This document shows positions 14,212 through 20,000 of a stretch of DNA of 20,000 nucleotides, one piece after another; positions within the stretch are counted from its first letter, which is position 1, and each line of letters begins with the position of its first letter. The translations under genes and the position numbers were made by a program. The notes under the pieces were generated by a model. The model had not been told where the DNA came from, did not search any database, and saw nothing but the letters and a program-made list of their open reading frames with translations. The DNA is taken from IMG/VR virus record IMGVR_UViG_2897109615_000002, positions 107,162 to 127,161 of that record. One strand, written 5' to 3'. This DNA comes from an uncultured virus (IMG/VR IMGVR_UViG_2897109615_000002) (lineage: Duplodnaviria > Heunggongvirae > Uroviricota > Caudoviricetes).

Positions 14212-15027
14212 TTGGATTTTCCTCAGCTCTATAACGACCCTACACTTTCTCAAAAAAGGAAGGGTTCAATCGATGACCCTTATTTAAGCTATAGTGAAAC
14301 TTTAACTGTTTACAATGGTCGAGTCTTACTTACAGAAGTACCTAACCGTGAGTACAGAGTCGAGGTTAGTGGTGACAGTAAAGAATGGCGAGAAATTGAA
14401 GATGGTGAATTAGAAGACAACTACTTTAAGGTTGATTATCTTATGGGAGTTGTCTTTTTCAATGGTTCAAATGAAGGCAAATCACTTACTTTTACATATC
14501 AAGGAGAAGGCGCATCCTTCTTCCCTGCCTCAAGAATTTGGATTAAACGACAAGGAAATATGGTCATTGAAACGCTTCAAGGCTTAATTGATGATGCTGA
14601 AGATGCCATTATTCGTATCAATGAACGTATTGCTGAATGTGAACGTGTCACCAAGCGATGTATTGAAATAACAAATTGGTGTAGACAAGCAACATCAGAT
14701 TATGAATATGTAGTTGAAAACACTAGGAAGATTTACTTGCCGTTTGTGTACACCTATCAGGATTTATTAAACACTTATCCTTCCCCTCAAATTGGTTGGA
14801 CTGTCACTGTAAAAGAAACAGGTATTGAATATAGATGGGATGGTTTCGACTGGATAAATATTAGCATCTCAGATAAGTATGATGGTTTCAACATTGTTTC
14901 TAGCTATGTAGAGCCTTACAACATCAGGTCAGTATGGTTGAGAACGAACAATGCTCCCAAAAAGATGAGGATAAAACCATCTGTAGAACCCCCTGACGGA
15001 AGCATGGTTTGGATTAGAAAAGGATAA
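14212..15027 (+). CDS. yomF: Tail/baseplate-associated protein YomF
   Basis: 271 aa, TTG start with SD, syntenic with SPbeta yomF. Contains a YPSPQIGWTV...YRWDG motif common in baseplate and fibre adaptor proteins. Confidence 0.65.
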   Translation: MDFPQLYNDPTLSQKRKGSIDDPYLSYSETLTVYNGRVLLTEVPNREYRVEVSGDSKEWREIEDGELEDNYFKVDYLMGVVFFNGSNEGKSLTFTYQGEGASFFPASRIWIKRQGNMVIETLQGLIDDAEDAIIRINERIAECERVTKRCIEITNWCRQATSDYEYVVENTRKIYLPFVYTYQDLLNTYPSPQIGWTVTVKETGIEYRWDGFDWINISISDKYDGFNIVSSYVEPYNIRSVWLRTNNAPKKMRIKPSVEPPDGSMVWIRKG

Positions 15028-15040
15028 GGAGGAGTATATA

Positions 15041-17593
15041 TTGAACGACAATTTAATTCCCGTAAACACAATGGGTTATATGGACGAAGAAACAGAGCAA
15101 TGGATACCCATTGATGCTATAGGGTTAAAATCAAATAATATCAGATATACTGCAGACGATATTCAAGAGGCTTTTGATAAAGCTTCTAAGGATATTAAAA
15201 ACGTAATAAGCACAGTCGATTCTGGTTTAACAGATATCACAAACACTATTGGAGACATTTCAAAAATCCCTGCCTCCGGCGCAACTGTTGTTGATAAAGT
15301 TTTAAATGAATTTATCAGACGAAGTGTTAATGTTCAGGATTTCGGAGCTAAGGGTGACGGGGTTACTGATGACACTAAAGCTTTTGAAGCTGCTTTTGCA
15401 AGTGGGAAACGAGAGGTTTTTGTTCCTGCAGGCATTTACATGGTTCAAGGATTGCACATCCCCTCTTATGTCAGACTTTACGGTGTTGGTTCAGGGTCTA
15501 TTATCAAACTTCATCCTTCAGCTACTGGAACATCTTGCGTTCTAACAAACAGTGACTACACTAACGGAAACGAATATATCTTAATTGAAGACTTAGACCT
15601 TGATTGGAATTTAGACAAAAAGGATAACATCATTACAAACGGCACAAATGCAAACTGTGTGGGCATTGTTAACTCTAAATTTGTTCGGGTTAGAAACGTC
15701 AATGCTCGTAATCCAGGTGTACACGGTTTTGATGTAAGCTCCCCTGTTTGGAATTCTTCCACTGATACTAATGGAGCTGAAAAATATCAACCCAACGGTA
15801 GCAAATATGTGTGGATTGAAAATTGTACTGCAACTAATTATGGTGACGATGGCTTCACAACTCACTATTCTGATTACATCTTCTTCACTAACTGTTACGC
15901 CTATGACGCAAATGGATCTGCGCACAGCAAAGGAGCCTCGAATTCAAACGGTTTTGAAATTGATGATGGCTCTAAAAACGTGTGGCTTGTGAACTGTTAC
16001 AGCCGAAAAAACTGTAGAGGTTTTGAAGTTAAGGCTCACAACAGAGCACCAGCAGCAAGAAACGTAAACTTAATTAACTGCTATTCCGAAAATGATATCC
16101 GTGCATTTGACTTTAGACACATCGGCTTCCACCTAGCTTCTGAAAAACCCTCCCCAAATGCATTTGACATTAATGTCGTTAACTGCACTGCACAACATCC
16201 TATTTTCAGTGACCTTTATCAAGGTTTAAATCCTCGCGCACTTGTTATTTCCGCTTATAGAAATGTCAACGTATCAAACTTCAACGCAATTGGTGACCCG
16301 ACATATGATTACAAAAATACTACAGTAATCTCTACTCAATATAAGAGCAGAAATATCAACCTAAGCAACATCACTGTTTCGGGGTTTACAACAGCAAGTA
16401 ACGATATCTATGTAATCGGTGGAGCTCAAAAATCAGACAATGTAAACATCTCAAATGTAACCATTGACCAATCTGCTTTAGTAGGTATTGCTGTTGGAAG
16501 TAAAGTTGATTCAGTTAATATCAGTAACGTTAACATGACGGGAACAAACAAAGCAGGTTCAATAGGTGTTTATTGCACTAACTCACAGGCCAATATTAGC
16601 GCTGCGATGTGTAAACAATACGCTACTCCCAGTAAAATTGCCGGAAAAACCTACACGTTTATCCCGAATAATTTCAAAGGCGGTCTACGCGGGGCTACGA
16701 CTTCTGGCTATGCTAAAACAAATACTAGTGCAGTATTAGCTTCATCGGGTGAGCCTCAAGCACTTGGGGATGCTACTTTAGTTGGTGCCACTACTGGAGG
16801 ATGCGTTGCAAAGGGAACAAGAACCAACGTTTTGGTTCATCAGGCGGAAGCTCTGTAGACGGATCTCGTAGCGGTGTTTACAACTCCAATGATTCTCACA
16901 TCGAGGGGCAAAATGTATCACGTGAAATCCACGCTTCTGGCGGTGTAAAGCTTGGTGAAAATGATCGCTATATGGTGGTTGGCGGATATGGCGCTACTCC
17001 CTCTAGAGCAAATATTAAATGGATGCTAAACTCCATGAATGGAGATATAACATCTGCAGGGAAGATGAATGGTGGAGCAACCTTTAGTGATTACGCTGAG
17101 TATTTTGAAAGCCTTGACGGAAAAGCAATTCCGACAGGGACAATTGTCACTCTTGAAGGAGCTAAAATTCGCCCAGCGAGAAAAGGTGAAGATGTACACG
17201 GAGTAATTCCGAAACTGCAGGAACTATATTAGGCGGAGCTGATATTCACTGGCAAGGCAGGTATTTAAAGAACGAGTTCGGTGGATACATATATGAAGAT
17301 GTGGTCAACCAGAAACTGGTGATGTTAAGAAACTGCCTAAAGTAAACCCTGAGTGGATTGAAAAAATAGATTACGTCCCTCGTGAAGAACGTCCTGAATG
17401 GAATATAGTAGGATTGCTTGGACAGGTTTATGTGAAAGTGGACAGTACTGTTTCTGTGGGAGATCGAATTGAAGGTAATTATGGAATCGGCACAAAAACA
17501 GAAGACAGGTTTTACTCTTGGAAGGCTATGGAGATTGTAACTCCATATTCAGACAAGCTCGGTTATGGCATTGCCATCTGCTTAATTAAGTAA
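15041..17593 (+). CDS. Beta-helix tail spike/appendage (pectate-lyase-like, yomE position) with C-terminal Peptidase_G2-type intramolecular chaperone; three single-base deletions in this sequence
   Basis: VNVQDFGAKGDGVTDDTKAF beta-helix start with parallel beta-helix repeats. The downstream frames encode DYAEYFES, HWQGRYLKNEFGG and YVPREERPEWNIVGLLGQVYVK, resembling the phi29 gp12 C-terminal domain. Adding 1 nt each at ~16833, ~17208 and ~17310 gives one 851-aa ORF ending at TAA 17591-17593. Confidence 0.8.
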
Positions 17594-17692
17594 CCCTTAA
17601 AATTAAAGGAGGTGGTTATGTTCTAGTTAAAATATAAATTTTATTCAATTTACAGCATTCAAAAACAGAGATAACAAGAGCATACGTGAGAT

Positions 17693-17729
17693 AAAGAGAG
17701 ATTGGGATTTGTCCCCTTCTCTCTTTTTT
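17693..17729 (+). terminator. Rho-independent terminator upstream of endolysin
   Basis: AAAGAGAGA-TT-GGG-ATTTGT-CCC-CT-TCTCTCTTT hairpin running into a T tract. Confidence 0.6.
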
Positions 17730-17764
17730 GTGCTCAAATTTAATTTTTAGGAGAGATGTTTAAT

Positions 17765-18664
17765 ATGGCTATTCAAGTAAGAGAAAATCTTGTCTCAACC
17801 AGCAAATACTCTATTAAGTGTCCGTATACGTTATCAGCCTCTTATATTACATTTCATAACACAGCCAATGATGCATCAGCAGACGCTGAAATTCGCTACA
17901 TGATCGGCAACAACAATGAAGTTTCTTATCACTTCGCCGTTGATGATGAAGAGGTCGTCCAAGGCTTACCTACAAATCGAAACGCATGGCACACTGGTGA
18001 TGGATCAGGTGCGAATTCAGGAAACCGTACTTCTATTGGTGTAGAGGTTTGCTACTCCAAATCAGGTGGAGAGCGTTACAGAAAAGCTGAAGCGTTGGCT
18101 ATTAAGTTTATTGCACAACTCCTTAAAGAACGTGGCTGGGGTGTAGATCGAGTTAAAAAGCATCAAGACTGGTCTGGCAAGTACTGCCCGCATCGAGTTC
18201 TTGATGAAGGCCGTTGGAATGCTGTTAAAGCTGCTATTGCTGCTGAATTGAAAGCACTGGACGGAAATACTTCTTCCTCATCTTCAAAGCCAACAAACGT
18301 GTTGGGGTATATCAAACGCATGCAAACTCTAAAGGTGCTACATACAGGGTTACAAATAAATGTGAAATACATTAAAAGTGCTGAACTTGGACAATCAACC
18401 CAAAGCCTAAATCCACTTCTAAGCCTAAAAGCAGTGGTATCAAATCTGTAGGCAAAATTAAAATTGTCGGTGTACAAAGCGCTGCAATCGTTATGGACAG
18501 ACCCGATAAAAAACAAAGCGAAGAATCTCGGCACTGTGAAGCTAGGTGACACACTCAGCATTTCTGGCTCAGTGAAAGGGTCAAACAATGCTAAGGGTTA
18601 CTGGGAAGTTATCTACAAAGGTAAACGCGGCTACATCTCAGGACAATTTGGGTCAAAAATCTAA
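17765..18664 (+). CDS. Endolysin: N-acetylmuramoyl-L-alanine amidase (Amidase_2, XlyA/CwlA-like) with SH3-like cell-wall-binding region; interrupted by a compensating indel pair
   Basis: Amidase motifs ITFHNTAN, SYHFAVDD, AWHTGDG, IGVEVC and KHQDWSGKYCP. ORFs 17756 and 18464 share a frame. The intervening 18403-18510 reads KPKSTSKPKSSGIKSVGKIKIVGVQSAAIVMDRPDK in a shifted frame. The C-terminus GYWEVIYKGKRGYISG is SH3b-like. ATG 17765 fits the SD spacing better than 17756. Confidence 0.85.
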
Positions 18665-18703
18665 ATATATTTAGGATGATTGTAGCTCAAATCAATAATT
18701 ATT

Positions 18704-18736
18704 TAGGAGGTGATGTGTCATTACCTCCTATTTTTT
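18704..18736 (+). terminator. Rho-independent terminator after endolysin
   Basis: 12-bp stem TAGGAGGTGATG/CATTACCTCCTA, 3-nt loop, then TTTTTT. Confidence 0.7.
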
Positions 18737-18743
18737 ATGGAGG

Positions 18744-19124
18744 ATGATTGCATTGTGGCTGAAAAAAAATTATGAAGTTTTAAAGACCGAGGTCGCTCAT
18801 ATAAAAGAACGTCTTAAAGAACAAGCAGAAGATAGAAAAATCATGTTAGAAACACAAAAAACAACAAGTGAATCGCTCATTAGGCTTACAACTGTTGTTG
18901 AGAATCAGGAAAAAAACCTTGTTGAAACAAAAAATTTGTTCACCACTGAGATAGCTGGATTAAGAAATGAATTTCAGCAAGTTAATCAGTCGCAAACAAA
19001 GTGGCTTCAAAACTTATTAGAAGGAACATTCGGCAAGACATTAAAGATTTTAGTTTTAATTATTCTCTTACTGCTTGGTGCAGAGATCGCTGGTGTTGAT
19101 ATCACTAAATTAGCTAATTTATAA
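18744..19124 (+). CDS. Coiled-coil protein with C-terminal transmembrane helix; probable holin accessory protein (XhlA/BhlA-like role)
   Basis: Lies between endolysin and holin and has a TM segment ILVLIILLLLGA. The start is uncertain: ATG 18744 abuts the SD, and in-frame TTG 18753 fits better. Confidence 0.6.
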   Translation: MIALWLKKNYEVLKTEVAHIKERLKEQAEDRKIMLETQKTTSESLIRLTTVVENQEKNLVETKNLFTTEIAGLRNEFQQVNQSQTKWLQNLLEGTFGKTLKILVLIILLLLGAEIAGVDITKLANL

Positions 19125-19136
19125 GGAGACGATTTA

Positions 19137-19387
19137 ATGACTAAAATTAACTGGAAAGTAAGACTAAAAAAGAAAACATTCCTGGTTGCAATCTTCTCTG
19201 CAACTCTTTTGTTTGCACAAGCTATTGCATCTGCTTTTGGATACGATATTTCTGTATTTAGCGATGATCTTACTGAGAAATTTAATGCTTTGCTTACATT
19301 TCTAACTGCAATGGGGTTGTAGTGGATCCAACCACTACAGGTATCTCAGACAGCGATCAAGCAATGGAATACACAGAACCAAAATAA
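19137..19387 (+). CDS. Holin, phiLC3 family; single-base deletion at 19313-19316
   Basis: N-terminal INWKVRLKKKTFLVA. The family signature GVVVDPTTTGISDSDQAMEYTEPK continues in a shifted frame to TAA 19385-19387. One extra base at the G4 run gives 83 aa. Confidence 0.85.
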
Positions 19388-19390
19388 CTT

Positions 19391-19413
19391 GGGGAGTTCA
19401 CCTCCCCTTTTTT
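19391..19413 (+). terminator. Rho-independent terminator after holin
   Basis: GGGGAG-TTCAC-CTCCCC followed by TTTTTT. Confidence 0.75.
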
Positions 19414-19437
19414 CATTTTTAATTAAGAAAGGAATGA

Positions 19438-19728
19438 TTGTTGGTCATGCAAATAGGATCTGGATATATCGGGAGTCCAATGCTTGAGAAGTCAGAATCT
19501 AACCATGAAGTGATCCCTTCCCCACCAGTAGCTTGGACGATTAAATATTCTTTCTATAAATCAGCTTTTTCGAATGATCAGGAATGTCATGTATCAATCA
19601 ACGGTGGAATTCCTATCTATTTAAGAGCTGGGCAAGGTTTTCAAATGGACGCTCATGATTCACCTATCACAAGCTTCAAGATTTCTGAGTCAGGAATAAC
19701 ATATAACTTTTTGGGGGCGCATAAATGA
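19438..19728 (+). CDS. Hypothetical small beta-rich phage protein
   Basis: SD GAAAGGA upstream. The stop overlaps the next start (ATGA). The start may be 19438-19448. Confidence 0.6.
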   Translation: MLVMQIGSGYIGSPMLEKSESNHEVIPSPPVAWTIKYSFYKSAFSNDQECHVSINGGIPIYLRAGQGFQMDAHDSPITSFKISESGITYNFLGAHK

Positions 19729-20000
19729 GTTTCTTCAATCCAATGGTTAATGTCTCAATTGTCACTGGGAAGTCTGCTTATGATATTGCAGTAGACAATG
19801 GTTTTTCAGGAACTGTAGAGGAATGGTTAGCTTCACTAAAAGGAAAAGGCAGTACTGGAGCTACAGGTGCAACCGGGGTTAAAGGTGCTACTGGCGCTGC
19901 CGGTAAAGATGGAAAATCAGCATATGAATTAGCCGTTCAACAAGGTTTCACTGGAACATTAGATGAGTGGCTCGCTTCGTTAAAAGCAACAACAAACTGA
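19725..20000 (+). CDS. Small collagen-like protein with two GKSAY..EWLASLK repeats
   Basis: About 7 G-X-Y triplets flanked by 25-aa repeats at 19767-19841 and 19911-19985. Stop TGA at 19998-20000. Confidence 0.75.
   Translation: MSFFNPMVNVSIVTGKSAYDIAVDNGFSGTVEEWLASLKGKGSTGATGATGVKGATGAAGKDGKSAYELAVQQGFTGTLDEWLASLKATTN

Noticed and set aside
16801..17232. Separate 143-aa gene, or programmed frameshifting in the spike gene
   Set aside because: It is the middle fragment of one gene needing three separate shifts with no slippery heptamer, and similar indels recur in neighbouring genes.
18464..18664. Separate 66-aa gene
   Set aside because: It is the endolysin C-terminal domain, in the same frame as the amidase and separated by a compensating indel pair.
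18755..18775. Additional frameshift at the A8 run (GTG GCT GAA start) in the holin accessory gene
   Set aside because: Possible, but the in-frame TTG at 18753 gives an acceptable start without invoking an error. It cannot be decided from the sequence alone.

Overview
Late (tail and lysis) gene cluster of an SPbeta-like Bacillus siphophage or prophage, all on the + strand. Gene order: membrane protein (yomJ position), tape measure/peptidoglycan hydrolase YomI (CwlP), distal tail YomH, tail protein YomG with a GH113-like C-terminal domain, YomF, a phi29 gp12-like beta-helix spike with a C-terminal autocleaving chaperone, amidase endolysin, holin accessory protein, phiLC3-type holin and two small ORFs. 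The main feature is a complete 2485-nt LtrB-like (IIA) group II intron at 5100-7584. It sits in phase 0 in the conserved GLMQ|LMP motif of the tape measure protein's lytic transglycosylase domain, so splicing is needed to make the full ~2296-aa protein. Its EBS1/delta loop matches this junction. From ~16830 onward, several genes carry single-base indels in homopolymers, most likely sequencing or assembly errors. Gene identities come from recalled family motifs and synteny, not from database searches.
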